Positions 9,872-20,935 are shown, counted from the first letter of the stretch. The stretch: DNA of 64,000 nt from an uncultured Bacilli bacterium (GCA_947626825.1 CANQTM010000006.1:6757-70756), one strand, 5' to 3'. The notes: generated by a model from the letters alone, not told the origin. Translations and numbers: made by a program.

Positions 9872-10309
9872 ATGTCAAAGAAAGAAAAAAAGGGATTCGT
9901 AAAAGAATTTAAAGAATTCATTGCTCGTGGCAACATAGTTGATATGGCAGTTGGTGTAGTTGTAGGTGGTGCGTTTACAGCAATTGTTAATACTTTGGTT
10001 AGTGCTGTATTAACACCATTAATTAATTATGTTATTTATTTAATTTGTGGTGGTAATACTAAAGCATTTACAGGCCTTGATATTACTTTAATTCCTGCAA
10101 CTATAAATACTGAAACAGGTGCAATTGAAACTGAAGCTACTGTTTTAAGCTTTTCTAGTTTAATCACTGCTATTATAAACTTCCTTTTAATTGCTTTAAC
10201 TTTATTTTGTATTGTTCGTGTTATTAATAGAGTTAGAGAAGAAGCAGATGCAATGAAAGCAGAAAAAGAAAAAGAAAAAGCAGCTGCTGAAAATGTTAAT
10301 AATGAATAA
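9872..10309 (+). CDS. mscL: Large-conductance mechanosensitive channel
   Basis: EFKEFIARGNIVDMAVGVVVGGAFTAIV signature. Confidence 0.97.
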   Translation: MSKKEKKGFVKEFKEFIARGNIVDMAVGVVVGGAFTAIVNTLVSAVLTPLINYVIYLICGGNTKAFTGLDITLIPATINTETGAIETEATVLSFSSLITAIINFLLIALTLFCIVRVINRVREEADAMKAEKEKEKAAAENVNNE

Positions 10310-10396
10310 TTTTAACATTTAAAAACATAGTAAATATTAAAAAAGAAGTAAGTATGTAACATGCTTCTTTTTTTGTGATAAATTTTCTATAAAAAT

Positions 10397-10468
10397 AAAA
10401 AAAGAAGAGTTGACGAACTTATTAAATTTAATAAGAACTGGCAAATTGCAACTAGGACAACTCTTCGC
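10397..10468 (-). ncRNA. Candidate structured small RNA of about 70 nt, family unknown
   Basis: TTGACT-18-TATAAT promoter (10502-10473), closing stem GAAGAGTTG/CAACTCTTC, inner 18-nt palindrome, terminal T run; no ORF. Confidence 0.45.
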
Positions 10469-10647
10469 CAATATTATATGTCAATTGAAAATAAAAAGTC
10501 AATAATAAATTATTTGGTATAAATTGTTAATTAAGATGAATAAAAATGAAATTCTACATTAAATTTATCTTTTCAAGTTAATGTTTTTTTATGTACAATT
10601 ATTAATGGAAAACGAGCTATTAACTTGCTTCTTTTAATTTTTACAAT

Positions 10648-10676
10648 AAAAAAATAAGCCAATAAAAATTAGCTTA
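10648..10676 (-). terminator. Terminator of the mutS-mutL-miaA unit
   Basis: TAAGCTAAT-loop-ATTGGCTTA followed by a T run on the minus strand. Confidence 0.7.
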
Positions 10677-10694
10677 AATTATTTTAAAATAAGT

Positions 10695-11597
10695 TTATTT
10701 ACAAAACCATTTATCATTTATAATTTTTAATATTGTGTTCAAAGCATTTTCATCATTTTTAATCCAAATCATATCTGCAAATTGATTTTTAAAAAAAGTT
10801 TTTTGTCTTTTTGCATATTGATGAGTGTGAATTTTCATTAAAGAAATAGTTTCATCTAATGATAATTCATTTTTTAAATATTTTGAAATTTCTTGATATC
10901 CTATAGCTTTGCTTGCTGTTGAATCAGTAATATTATTCTTAACTTCTTCAATTACATTATTTTTAAACATTTCATCAATTCGTTTATCTATTTGTTGATT
11001 GATTTGTTCTTTATCAAGATATAAACCAATTATTAAAGCGTCATAAATTAATTCATGTTTTTGATTAGTTAATATTTCTGTTTTTGTTTGTCCTGTTTCT
11101 TTATAAATACTTAATGCCCTAATAACACGGCGACGATTATTTTTATGAATTTTAAGTGCTGCTTCTTTATCGATTTTAAGTAACATTTCATATAATTCAT
11201 CATTAGTTTTATCTTGATATAATTTTTCCATTTCAATATTGGAAATGTTTTCTTTCAAAAAAGTATAATCATATAGTGCAGCTTTAATATATAATCCAGT
11301 TCCACCAACAACAATTGGTATAATATTTTTTTGATTTAATTGTTTTATTATTTTTCTTATATTATGTTGATATTCATCAACATTATAATTTTCTTTGATA
11401 GATTTTATATTTAACAAATGATGAGGAATGTTTTCTTGTTTTTGATTAGTTATTTTATCAGTTAAAATATTAAATTCTTTATATACCTGCATGGCATCGC
11501 CATTGATAATTTCACTATTTAAAGCTTTAGCAAGTTTTATAGACATAGATGTTTTACCAACGGCAGTTTGTCCTAAAATAACAATTACTTTTTCCAT
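10695..11597 (-). CDS. miaA: tRNA dimethylallyltransferase
   Basis: GQTAVGKT, DAMQVY, VVGGTGLY, RRRVIRAL, YAKRQ motifs. Confidence 0.97.
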   Translation of the reverse strand: MEKVIVILGQTAVGKTSMSIKLAKALNSEIINGDAMQVYKEFNILTDKITNQKQENIPHHLLNIKSIKENYNVDEYQHNIRKIIKQLNQKNIIPIVVGGTGLYIKAALYDYTFLKENISNIEMEKLYQDKTNDELYEMLLKIDKEAALKIHKNNRRRVIRALSIYKETGQTKTEILTNQKHELIYDALIIGLYLDKEQINQQIDKRIDEMFKNNVIEEVKNNITDSTASKAIGYQEISKYLKNELSLDETISLMKIHTHQYAKRQKTFFKNQFADMIWIKNDENALNTILKIINDKWFCK

Positions 11598-11605
11598 AAT
11601 ATCAT

Positions 11606-13315
11606 CTATGCCCTTTTAAAGAATTTTTCTAATTCATATTTACTATATTTTATCATAGTGGGACGACCATGAGGGCAAGTATATGGATCTTCACATTTAA
11701 ATAAATCATTGATGATAACTTGCATGTCTTCTTTTGTCAAAAAAGTATTACCTTTTAAAGATGCTTTACATGCAGCAGTAGCAATAGCATAATCAATAAT
11801 TGTATCTTCATCAATTTTTTTATTAGTTATAATTTGATTAATAACATCATCAACATATATTTTTAAATCAACACGATTAAAATAATAAGGGATTGTAGTT
11901 ATTTTAATAGTTGAATTACCAAATTCTTGAGCATCAATATGAAGTTTATGTAGTAATGATATATTTTCCATTACTATTTGAAATTCATTTAATGGAAGTT
12001 TGATAATTAAAGGTACAAGCAAATTAGTAATGGCTGCAGGTTCTTTAAACAATTTTTTATATTTTTCATAGCGAACTCTTTCTTGAGCAGCATGTTGATC
12101 AACTAAAATAAAGCCATCAAATGATTGCGCAATAATATATGTACCATGAATTTGTCCTATTATTTCATAGTCATTATTTGTTTCTTTTTTATCATCAAAT
12201 TTAATAAAATCTTGATATGAACGATTATCATATGGTTCATCAGTTTCAGAAATAATATTTGAAAAATCAAAGAAGCCTTGTTGGTTTATTTCTTTTGATT
12301 TTTTTATTTCTTGATTAATTGTTTGATTATTACCTTTTAGTGTGGCTTTAATGACATTTTTAATAAGTTCTTTTAATTCTATTTCTTTAGATATTCTTAT
12401 TTCTTGTTTTGTAGGATGGACATTTACATCTAATAAAGTCGCATCAGTTTCAATATATAAAACAGTATAAGGATAACGATTGTCAAATAAAAATTCATGA
12501 TAACCTTCAATAATACAATCACTTAATATTTTATTTTTAACGCATCGTTTATTAGTAAAAGTAAAAATACCATATCTATTAGCTCTTGAAATAGATATAT
12601 TACTTGTATATCCATATATTTTAAAATCATTATTATCTATAGAAAAAGGTAACATATTTTTGGCAACATTTAAACCATAAATATTTCCTAAAATAGCAAT
12701 GATATCATTATTTCCAGCAGTTGAAAAAATAATTTTACCATTACTTGATAAAGTAAAGGCAATGTTTGGATTTGCTAATGCCAAACGATATACAACATCA
12801 GTTATGTAAGATAATTCACTATTGTCTGATTTTAAATATTTAAGTCTTGCAGGTGTATTATAAAAAAGTTCTTCAACTTTAATATCAGTTCCTTGATTAC
12901 AAGTACTATTAGATATTTCTTTAATTTCAGAATTAATGCAAAATAATTTAGTTGCAACATCATTTCCTTCTTCTTTAGTTAACAAAGTAAATTTACTAAC
13001 AGAAGAAATAGCACTTAATGCTTCACCACGAAATCCCATTGTTTTAATTGCAAATAAATCTTGATCAAAATGAATTTTACTTGTGGCATGTCTTTTAATT
13101 GATAAAGTAGCGTCATCTTTTGACATACCAATCCCATTATCTTTAACTTCTATTAAAGTACGTCCTCCATCAACAATAATAATATCAATTTTATTTGCTT
13201 TAGCATCTATTGAGTTTTCTACTAATTCTTTTACGACAGAACTTGGCCTTTCAACAACTTCTCCAGCTGCAATTTTATCGGCTAAAGAAGCATCTAAAAT
13301 ATTTATTCTATTCAT
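11606..13315 (-). CDS. mutL: DNA mismatch repair endonuclease MutL
   Basis: IAAGEVVERP, GFRGEAL, DQHAAQER, ACK, CPHGRP motifs. Confidence 0.98.
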   Translation of the reverse strand: MNRINILDASLADKIAAGEVVERPSSVVKELVENSIDAKANKIDIIIVDGGRTLIEVKDNGIGMSKDDATLSIKRHATSKIHFDQDLFAIKTMGFRGEALSAISSVSKFTLLTKEEGNDVATKLFCINSEIKEISNSTCNQGTDIKVEELFYNTPARLKYLKSDNSELSYITDVVYRLALANPNIAFTLSSNGKIIFSTAGNNDIIAILGNIYGLNVAKNMLPFSIDNNDFKIYGYTSNISISRANRYGIFTFTNKRCVKNKILSDCIIEGYHEFLFDNRYPYTVLYIETDATLLDVNVHPTKQEIRISKEIELKELIKNVIKATLKGNNQTINQEIKKSKEINQQGFFDFSNIISETDEPYDNRSYQDFIKFDDKKETNNDYEIIGQIHGTYIIAQSFDGFILVDQHAAQERVRYEKYKKLFKEPAAITNLLVPLIIKLPLNEFQIVMENISLLHKLHIDAQEFGNSTIKITTIPYYFNRVDLKIYVDDVINQIITNKKIDEDTIIDYAIATAACKASLKGNTFLTKEDMQVIINDLFKCEDPYTCPHGRPTMIKYSKYELEKFFKRA

Positions 13316-13317
13316 AA

Positions 13318-15861
13318 TTAGTGTCCTTCTTTGATTTTCTTTTGCAATTCAAATAAATAAGATAAAGCTTCAAGAGGAGTCATTTCTAAAGGCCTTAGAT
13401 TTTCAATTTCTTGAATATAACTTGGTTTTTCTTGTTTCTTTTCACTAGGTGCAACTATGTTACTTGTAACAATAATGTTACCATTACTTTCTTTTAATTT
13501 TAATATTTCTTTAGCACGATTTAACAAATCATCGGGCAAATGAGCAAGTCTTGCAACATTTATACCATATGATTTATTAGTGGCACCAGGGACCATTTTA
13601 TATAAAAAAGTTATTTTATCATTTTCTTCAATAACAGCAGCATGTAAATTAACTAAACTTTGTATGTTTTCTGCTAATGATGTTAATTCGTGATAATGAG
13701 TTGAAAATAAAGTAATACAATTTTTATTAGCACATAGATATTCAATTATAGCTTGTGCTAAAGCCATTCCATCAAATGTTGCAGTACCACGACCAACTTC
13801 ATCAAACAATATTAAAGATTTTTCACTGCTATATTGTAAAGCATAATTAACTTCGTTCATTTCTACCATAAATGTTGATTGTCCAGAAATTAGATCATCA
13901 CTAGCACCAATTCTAGTATAAATTCCATCAAATAATGGTAAATTAGCCTGACTTGCTGCTACAAAACAACCAATTTGGGCCATAATAGAAGTAATTGCAA
14001 CTTGTTTCATAAATGTGGATTTACCGCCCATATTTGGTCCTGAAATCAATACAAAATGCTGTTTTTGATTGATTTTGACATCGTTAGCAACATAATTGTC
14101 AAAACGATTGATAACTTCCATTATTGGATGGCGACCATTAACGACTTCAATTATACCTTCTTCATTAAATGTTGGTCTAACATAATGATTAGTAGTTGAA
14201 ACTTCAGCAAAAGCAACCATTACATCAATAAATGATATAACATCAGCTACTTCTTGAATCTTTTTAGTTAATGATTTAACATATTCTCGCAATTGATTAA
14301 ATAATTCATATTCTAAAGCTACAATTTTATCTTCAGCTGTTAAAATGTATTTTTCTTTTTCTTTTAATTCAGGAGTAATAAATCTTTCGGCATTTGTTGT
14401 TGTTTGTTTTCTAATATAATTATATTCATCTTTAATAAGTGGTAAAAATGAATTAGTAACTTCTATATAATATCCAAAAACTTTATTGAAACCAACTTTT
14501 AAATTTTTAATTCCTGTTTTTTCTCTTTCTTGATTTTCTAAATTAGCAATGAAACTTTTACCATCATTTGATGCAAATCTTAAATCATCAAGTTGTGAAT
14601 CATAACCATCTTTAATCATGCCACCTTCTTTTGTTGTTATTGGTGGATTTTCAACAATTGCTTTTTCGAGTTTTTTGGTCATTTCTTCTAAACAATCAAT
14701 TTTATCGGCTTGATTATTTAAATTTAAATCATTTAATGTTTTTTTGATTTGTGGCATTACTACAAAAGATTTTTTAAGTTGTAATAAATCTCTTGCATTA
14801 GCATTACCATAAGAAATTCTAGCAATTAAACGTTCAAGATCATATACTTCATCAAGTTTTGTTATTAATTCTTGTCTTGCAATATAATTGTTAGTAAAAA
14901 TTTCTACAGTATCAAGACGTTCATTTATTTGATTGATATCATATAATGGTTTTATAATATATTTTTTTAAAAGTCTTGCGCCCATAGCTGTTTTTGTTTT
15001 ATCTAAAAGCCAAAATAGTGAACCATAACGTTCATTACTTTTCACAGTACGTATAAGTTCAAGATTTAATGCAGAATTGCTATCAATTTTCATATATTGA
15101 TAGGTCTTTACTACATTAGCTATTTTCAAATATTCAATTGGTCTTTTTTGTGTTGTTGTTAAATAAAATATTAATTTTGAAATTGTTTCAACTTGGCGAA
15201 CATCTCTTATATTTGAAGTTATTTCAAATACTTCAAGTAAAATAGATGATTCTTCAGAAATAGTTAAAAATATTGGTGTTCTTTTTGAAATATAAGCACC
15301 ATATTTTTCTTTAAATTTATTTGTACAAACTAATTCTTTAATTTCTAAAGAAATTAGTTCATTAATCAATAAATCAATATCATTACTCACATTATAAACA
15401 TTTAATTCTCCAGTTGATAAATCACAATATGCTAAAGTGAAAAAATCAGAATAATCATCAACATAAGCTAAATAGTTATTGTCTTTTTCATTTAAACCAA
15501 CATCGATTAAAGTTCCTGGAGTAATAATTTGTACGACATCTCTTTTAACTAGTTTGTTTTTAGCTAATGCAGGGTCTTCAAGTTGTTCAACAATACCAAC
15601 TTTAAAACCATTTTTAATTAAAGTTTCTATATATTGATTGATGGCGTGATATGGAACTCCACACATTGGTATACGATCTTCCACGCCAGCATTTTTTCCA
15701 GTTAAAACCAACTCTAAAACTTTTGAAGCAATTTTAGCATCTTCAAAAAAAAGTTCATAAAAATCACCTAATCTAAAAAGTATTAAAGTATCAGGATATT
15801 GTTTTTTAATATCCAAATATTGCATCACCATTGGTGAATATTTTAATTCTTTTTCTTCCAT
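13318..15861 (-). CDS. mutS: DNA mismatch repair protein MutS
   Basis: FRLGDFYELF, GPNMGGKST, DEVGRGT, STHYHEL motifs. Confidence 0.98.
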   Translation of the reverse strand: MEEKELKYSPMVMQYLDIKKQYPDTLILFRLGDFYELFFEDAKIASKVLELVLTGKNAGVEDRIPMCGVPYHAINQYIETLIKNGFKVGIVEQLEDPALAKNKLVKRDVVQIITPGTLIDVGLNEKDNNYLAYVDDYSDFFTLAYCDLSTGELNVYNVSNDIDLLINELISLEIKELVCTNKFKEKYGAYISKRTPIFLTISEESSILLEVFEITSNIRDVRQVETISKLIFYLTTTQKRPIEYLKIANVVKTYQYMKIDSNSALNLELIRTVKSNERYGSLFWLLDKTKTAMGARLLKKYIIKPLYDINQINERLDTVEIFTNNYIARQELITKLDEVYDLERLIARISYGNANARDLLQLKKSFVVMPQIKKTLNDLNLNNQADKIDCLEEMTKKLEKAIVENPPITTKEGGMIKDGYDSQLDDLRFASNDGKSFIANLENQEREKTGIKNLKVGFNKVFGYYIEVTNSFLPLIKDEYNYIRKQTTTNAERFITPELKEKEKYILTAEDKIVALEYELFNQLREYVKSLTKKIQEVADVISFIDVMVAFAEVSTTNHYVRPTFNEEGIIEVVNGRHPIMEVINRFDNYVANDVKINQKQHFVLISGPNMGGKSTFMKQVAITSIMAQIGCFVAASQANLPLFDGIYTRIGASDDLISGQSTFMVEMNEVNYALQYSSEKSLILFDEVGRGTATFDGMALAQAIIEYLCANKNCITLFSTHYHELTSLAENIQSLVNLHAAVIEENDKITFLYKMVPGATNKSYGINVARLAHLPDDLLNRAKEILKLKESNGNIIVTSNIVAPSEKKQEKPSYIQEIENLRPLEMTPLEALSYLFELQKKIKEGH

Positions 15862-15997
15862 ACAATCACCTACAAACTAATAATAGTTTAGCATATATTG
15901 TTTTTAAAAAAAACAAAAAATTGGTTAATTTACTTATAAAATAACTTTAATAAATTGAAGTAAAGTGCTATTATTAAGAGTGCTTGGAGGACAAAAA

Positions 15998-16453
15998 ATG
16001 GTTTATCAAAGTAAAATGGTTTTAAATACTTATAATTTAGCTAAAAAATTGTCTAAATATTTAAAAGGCGGCGACATTGTTTTATTAAATGGCGATTTAG
16101 GTGCTGGAAAAACCACTTTTGTTAAAGGATTTGCTAAAGCTATAGGTATTAAAGATGTTGTTACTAGTCCTACTTTTACTTTATTAAAAACTTACAAAGC
16201 AAAATTATATAATTTAGTTCATATTGATGCATATCGATTAGTTGAAGATTCTTTTGCTGAAATATATGATTATTTAAATGATGAAAACGTAATTTTTATT
16301 GAATGGTCATCTTGCTTAACAAACAATGAAATATTTAAAGAATGTTTAGAAATAAATATTGAATATGTCAATGAGAACACTAGAAATTTTATATTTAATG
16401 CCAAAGGTGAAAGGTATTTAAAAATATTAAAGGAGTTTTTGAAAAATGATTAG
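15998..16453 (+). CDS. tsaE: t6A biosynthesis ATPase TsaE
   Basis: GDLGAGKT, VTSPTF, HIDAYRL, IEW; ATG at 15998 follows GGAGG (track start 15965). Confidence 0.95.
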   Translation: MVYQSKMVLNTYNLAKKLSKYLKGGDIVLLNGDLGAGKTTFVKGFAKAIGIKDVVTSPTFTLLKTYKAKLYNLVHIDAYRLVEDSFAEIYDYLNDENVIFIEWSSCLTNNEIFKECLEINIEYVNENTRNFIFNAKGERYLKILKEFLKND

Positions 16454-17030
16454 TTTATATCTTGATACTTCTTGTAAATATTTATGCATTGGCATAGCAA
16501 AAGATTATCAAATAATTTATAAATATCAACAAGAAAGTTTTAAAAAGCAATCAGAAATGACCATTCCAGAATTAAAAAAAGCTTTAGAATATTGCCATTT
16601 TACTTTAAAAGATATTGATGAAATTAATGTAACTATTGGTCCTGGATCATTTACTGGAATTCGTATTGGTATGACTATAGCTAAGGTTTTGGCAAGTATA
16701 AATAAAATACCATTAAAAACTATTTCTTCTTTAAACGCTTGTGCATCTATTGGTAAAAAAATAGTTATTTTAGATGCCAAAGCTAATAGAGTATATCTTG
16801 GAATATATAATAACAATCAAAAAATAATAGATGAATGTGTTGTAGAAATAGAAACATTAAAAGAAATGTTAAAACAATATTTAGATTATGATGTGGTTTT
16901 AGATAGTTATCTAATAAATAAAGAAAGTGATTCTATTGATATAATTGAAAATATGAATAGAATTTCTAAAACAATTAAACCAATAGATGATGTTGATAAT
17001 TTAATACCAATTTATTTAAAGGATCGCTAA
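16446..17030 (+). CDS. tsaB: t6A biosynthesis protein TsaB
   Basis: LYLDTS, GPGSFTGIRIG motifs. Confidence 0.95.
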   Translation: MISLYLDTSCKYLCIGIAKDYQIIYKYQQESFKKQSEMTIPELKKALEYCHFTLKDIDEINVTIGPGSFTGIRIGMTIAKVLASINKIPLKTISSLNACASIGKKIVILDAKANRVYLGIYNNNQKIIDECVVEIETLKEMLKQYLDYDVVLDSYLINKESDSIDIIENMNRISKTIKPIDDVDNLIPIYLKDR

Positions 17031-17031
17031 A

Positions 17032-17490
17032 ATGACTATTCAAATATTAAGTCTTAGAAAAAAAGATTTAGATAAAATTATTGAAATAGAAAATGAATCT
17101 TTTGTAAATTCATGGACTATTAATGATTATATAAATGAAATGACTCATAATCCATTTGCTTATTATCTAAAATTAATTGATAAAGATAGTCAAGAAATAA
17201 TGGGATTTGTAGGCTTTTATATAATGTTTGAACATGCAGAAATTTCTAAAATTGCTATTGCTAAAAAATATAGGGGCTATAAATTATCTAAATTATTATT
17301 AACAGATGTTATTAAAAGAATTAGTTTGGCAAATTGTGAAAATATCACTTTAGAAGTTCGTGTTTCTAATATTGTTGCCATTAATTTGTATCAAAAATTA
17401 GGCTTTGAAATAATAAATACTAGAAAAAAATATTATCCTGATGGGGAAGATGCCTATTTGATGAATAAAAACTTAAGAGAGGAAGATTAA
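17032..17490 (+). CDS. rimI: Ribosomal protein S18 alanine N-acetyltransferase
   Basis: LEVRVSN..AINLY..GF...RKKYY..GEDA; canonical tsaB-rimI-tsaD order. Confidence 0.93.
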   Translation: MTIQILSLRKKDLDKIIEIENESFVNSWTINDYINEMTHNPFAYYLKLIDKDSQEIMGFVGFYIMFEHAEISKIAIAKKYRGYKLSKLLLTDVIKRISLANCENITLEVRVSNIVAINLYQKLGFEIINTRKKYYPDGEDAYLMNKNLREED

Positions 17491-17492
17491 CT

Positions 17493-18509
17493 ATGATTAT
17501 ATTAGCTATAGAAAGTTCATGTGATGATACATGTGTTGCTATCTTAAAAGATAAAGAAATATTAGCTAACATAGTTTCTTCACAAATAGAATTTCATAAT
17601 AAATATGGTGGAGTTATGCCAGAACTTGCTTCACGTTTACATGTTGAGAAAATAACATATGTATTAAATGAAGCCCTTAATAAAGCAAATCTTGCTATAA
17701 AAGATATTGATTATATTGCTTTTACTGTAGGACCTGGACTTGTTGGTTCTTTACATGTAGGTATGCAAACTGTTAAAACTTTATCATTATTATTAGATAA
17801 ACCTTTAGTTCCTATTCATCATTTAGCTGGTCATATTTATGCTAATCGTTTTGTTAAAGATTTTGAATATCCTTTACTTGCTTTGGTTGTCAGTGGTGGT
17901 AATACAGAACTTGTATATATGGAAGATGAATTAAAATTTAAAATCATAGGTCAAACTTTAGATGATGCTGTTGGCGAAGCATATGATAAAGTTTCAAGAT
18001 TATTAGGTACTGGTTATCCAGGAGGACCTATTATTGATAAATTAGCTCACGAAGGACAAATAACATATAAATTACCATTACCTAAAAATGATGATTCTTT
18101 AGATTTTTCATATTCTGGTTTAAAATCAGCCGTTATTAATTTAATTCATAACTTAAATCAAAGAAAAGAAACATATAATGTTAATGATATTGCAGCTTCA
18201 TTTCAAGATGTTGCAACAACAATTTTAATTAATAAAGTTAAAATAGCATTAAAAAAATATCCAATGATTAAAACATTTGTTGCCGCAGGTGGTGTATCAG
18301 CTAATTTAACATTAAGAGATAAATTAACAAAATTATTAAGTGATTATCCTAACATTTCTTTAATATTGCCAAAACTTGCACTATGTGGTGATAATGCTGC
18401 AATGATTGGTATGTGTGCTTATTATAAAATAATAACTAATTCATATAATAATGATTTAACTATTTCAGCAGATGCGCAATATGATCTTGAAGAATTTTCA
18501 AATAAATAA
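17493..18509 (+). CDS. tsaD: t6A transferase TsaD
   Basis: ILAIESSCDDT, GGVMPELASRLH, HHLAGH, DDAVGEAYDK, DNAAMIG motifs. Confidence 0.97.
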   Translation: MIILAIESSCDDTCVAILKDKEILANIVSSQIEFHNKYGGVMPELASRLHVEKITYVLNEALNKANLAIKDIDYIAFTVGPGLVGSLHVGMQTVKTLSLLLDKPLVPIHHLAGHIYANRFVKDFEYPLLALVVSGGNTELVYMEDELKFKIIGQTLDDAVGEAYDKVSRLLGTGYPGGPIIDKLAHEGQITYKLPLPKNDDSLDFSYSGLKSAVINLIHNLNQRKETYNVNDIAASFQDVATTILINKVKIALKKYPMIKTFVAAGGVSANLTLRDKLTKLLSDYPNISLILPKLALCGDNAAMIGMCAYYKIITNSYNNDLTISADAQYDLEEFSNK

Positions 18510-18572
18510 AATTATATGAATAAATTTTCAAAAAAATGCCTAAAATCGTAATTTTTTAAACTAATATTATAC

Positions 18573-18606
18573 TTCGACAAAAATCGTTTCATGTCATGTC
18601 TATACT
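18573..18606 (+). promoter_or_regulatory. Spo0A box (TTCGACA) over a long-spacer sigma-A-like promoter
   Basis: TTCGACA at 18573-18579, 21 nt, then TATACT at 18601-18606. Confidence 0.4.
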
Positions 18607-18625
18607 ATATTTGGAGGTCAAAGAT

Positions 18626-20788
18626 ATGACAAGAAATAGATTTTTTATTTTGCTTTTTTTAATTTTTGCATTGCCTTATTTTCATATCGATAATAAATTA
18701 ATTGTTAACGCATTAGAAGATAAAATTGAACAACCAACTTTTATTCATTCTGCTGGACGAACATCATCATTACTATTATCAAAACAAGGTATTGTTTATG
18801 CATGGGGATTATGGGGAGAAAGTAATGATGTTACATTAAGTAAGAAGTTTGTAAACCCTACAGATATTAGTAGTAATTTAAATATTGATGAAGATGATTA
18901 TTTTGTTAATGTTTTTTCAGGGGAACAACATAGTTTTTTATTAACAAATAAAGGAAAAGTTTTTGCTATGGGTAGTGGTGAAAAAAAACAATTAGCTTAT
19001 AGTGATTATTTTTTTAAACCAACACCAGTTGATTTAACTAATATTTTTGATTTATCTAGTAGTGATAAAATAATTTATATTGGTTGTGGTGATGATTTTA
19101 ATATTGCTTTAACTTTAAAACATAAAGTTATTGCCTTTGGTAAAAATGAAGATGGACAATTAGGAATTAAAGATGGAACTTCAGATATGTTAACATATAA
19201 CATTACAGATAATTTTGTTATGCAAGATGGTGATTACATTAAAGATGTAAAATGTGGTGCTTCTCATGCTATTGCTTTAAGTAATAATGGCTATGTTTAT
19301 GTTTGGGGAGCAAATCAATTTGGTCAACTAGGCATCAAAGATGTTACTATTTTATCAACTCCAACAAGATTAGAAGAAATTACCGAAAGCGTTATACAAG
19401 TTGATTGTGGACGTTATAGTTCATATGTATTAACAAATCAAGGACAATTATATGGTTTTGGTAGTGATTCATATGGTCAACTTGCAACAAAAAAACCAAT
19501 TATTACATCAAATAAAAAAACAACGCCTTATTTGATGAATGGAAGTTTTCCTTTAGAAAGTGATGAATATATAAAAGAAATTAAAGCAGGATATTATTAT
19601 GCTTATATTAAAACTAATTTAAATAATTATTATTCTTTTGGTCAAAATAGTTCAGGTCAATTAGGAAACAATTCAACAATTTCAACAAGCTTTCCACAAA
19701 AATTAGAATATAAAACAATTTTAAATGGTAATGATGAAATTGTTAATATGTCATGTGGATTAGAACATTGTATTGCAGTTAGTAAACTTGGTCATATTTT
19801 GGCATGGGGTAGTAATTTGTATGGACAATTAGCAGAAGATTATAATGGTCCACAAACAAATTATAGTATTGTTGATATCACATATCAGTTTCCACCAATA
19901 ATTGTTATTTCAACTAATGCTAGTAGCAGTCCATATAAATCTTATATTTTAGATGTTGATGCTTATTATCTTGATAATCAAGAAATTGAGGACACATATT
20001 ATTGTTTGACTTCATCACCAACTCTTACTAATGAAAAATGGCAATCATTTAATAAACAAATTGTTGTTGAAGAAGGCGAAGGAAATGTGTATGTTCATTT
20101 AAAGATTGAATCAGAAAAAGAAACTTATTATCATGTATCGAAAGCTTATTTTTTAGATCACGTAGCACCAACAATAAGCGTTACAGATAAAAATAATAAA
20201 GAAATAACAGATAAATACTATAATTCGACAATTTTTGTAAATGCAATGGATAATAATAGTTATGTAGATATTGTTTATACCCATGATGGACAACAATATA
20301 CTACAAATACGAACACCTTAAGTTTAAGTTCAGATGGTATTTATCAAGTGTATGCAATGGATGTTGCTAAAAATACTTCGGCAACAATTGAGTTTACAAT
20401 CGATACAATTCTCCCAACAATAACTAAAATCGACAATAATTTTATTAAGCAAACATCCTATATGACACGAGAACGCGAAATTACTATTCAAGGAAGCGAG
20501 GCATTAAGCTGCTTTCAATTAGCCTATAAAGGTGAAAAAGTAGATTCGTATACTGCTTTAAATGAAAACGAAGATACTTTTACGGTAAAACTTAAGAAAG
20601 GTGTCAACACCCTTATTATATTAGATCTTGCGGGTAACGAATCCCTTACCTATGAAATAACCTATTCCCCAAGATTCTTTCAAGACACTCAATTGTTGCT
20701 TTTAGTTTTTGGTAGTATTGCTGCAGTCTTTGTAGTTATAATAGTCATTGTTTATACAATTAGAAATAAAAAGAAATTAGCAAAATAA
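18626..20788 (+). CDS. Surface protein with RCC1/BLIP-II beta-propeller repeats, Ig-like repeats and a C-terminal TM anchor
   Basis: Repeated CGxxHxxAL...VYxWGxNxxGQLG; DxxAPTI...DxAGN Ig-like motifs; N-terminal signal; C-terminal hydrophobic helix plus RNKKK; ATG at 18626 after GGAGG. Confidence 0.85.
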   Translation: MTRNRFFILLFLIFALPYFHIDNKLIVNALEDKIEQPTFIHSAGRTSSLLLSKQGIVYAWGLWGESNDVTLSKKFVNPTDISSNLNIDEDDYFVNVFSGEQHSFLLTNKGKVFAMGSGEKKQLAYSDYFFKPTPVDLTNIFDLSSSDKIIYIGCGDDFNIALTLKHKVIAFGKNEDGQLGIKDGTSDMLTYNITDNFVMQDGDYIKDVKCGASHAIALSNNGYVYVWGANQFGQLGIKDVTILSTPTRLEEITESVIQVDCGRYSSYVLTNQGQLYGFGSDSYGQLATKKPIITSNKKTTPYLMNGSFPLESDEYIKEIKAGYYYAYIKTNLNNYYSFGQNSSGQLGNNSTISTSFPQKLEYKTILNGNDEIVNMSCGLEHCIAVSKLGHILAWGSNLYGQLAEDYNGPQTNYSIVDITYQFPPIIVISTNASSSPYKSYILDVDAYYLDNQEIEDTYYCLTSSPTLTNEKWQSFNKQIVVEEGEGNVYVHLKIESEKETYYHVSKAYFLDHVAPTISVTDKNNKEITDKYYNSTIFVNAMDNNSYVDIVYTHDGQQYTTNTNTLSLSSDGIYQVYAMDVAKNTSATIEFTIDTILPTITKIDNNFIKQTSYMTREREITIQGSEALSCFQLAYKGEKVDSYTALNENEDTFTVKLKKGVNTLIILDLAGNESLTYEITYSPRFFQDTQLLLLVFGSIAAVFVVIIVIVYTIRNKKKLAK

Positions 20789-20794
20789 TATTTT

Positions 20795-20818
20795 AGGAGC
20801 TCATAACTGAGCTCTTTT
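20795..20818 (+). terminator. Intrinsic terminator
   Basis: AGGAGCTCA-taac-TGAGCTCTTTT. Confidence 0.85.
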
Positions 20819-20824
20819 ACTTTG

Positions 20825-20935
20825 TCGCAATTGTGGAAAAACACACTTGAAAATATCTCGCAATTGTGGTAACATATGATTGAAAATCCTTCGCAATTGT
20901 GGGAAAATGAGTTTAAAACCATATCGCAATTGTGA
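20825..20935 (+). repeat. Four direct repeats of TCGCAATTGTG at an exact 33-bp period, overlapping a promoter
   Basis: Copies start at 20825, 20858, 20891 and 20924; TTGAAA-17-TAACAT with extended TG brackets copy 2. Confidence 0.9.

Noticed and set aside
20825-20935. CRISPR array
   Set aside because: The repeat is only 11-12 bp with 21-22-bp intervening segments that resemble each other, and there are no cas genes in the window. An operator array fits better.
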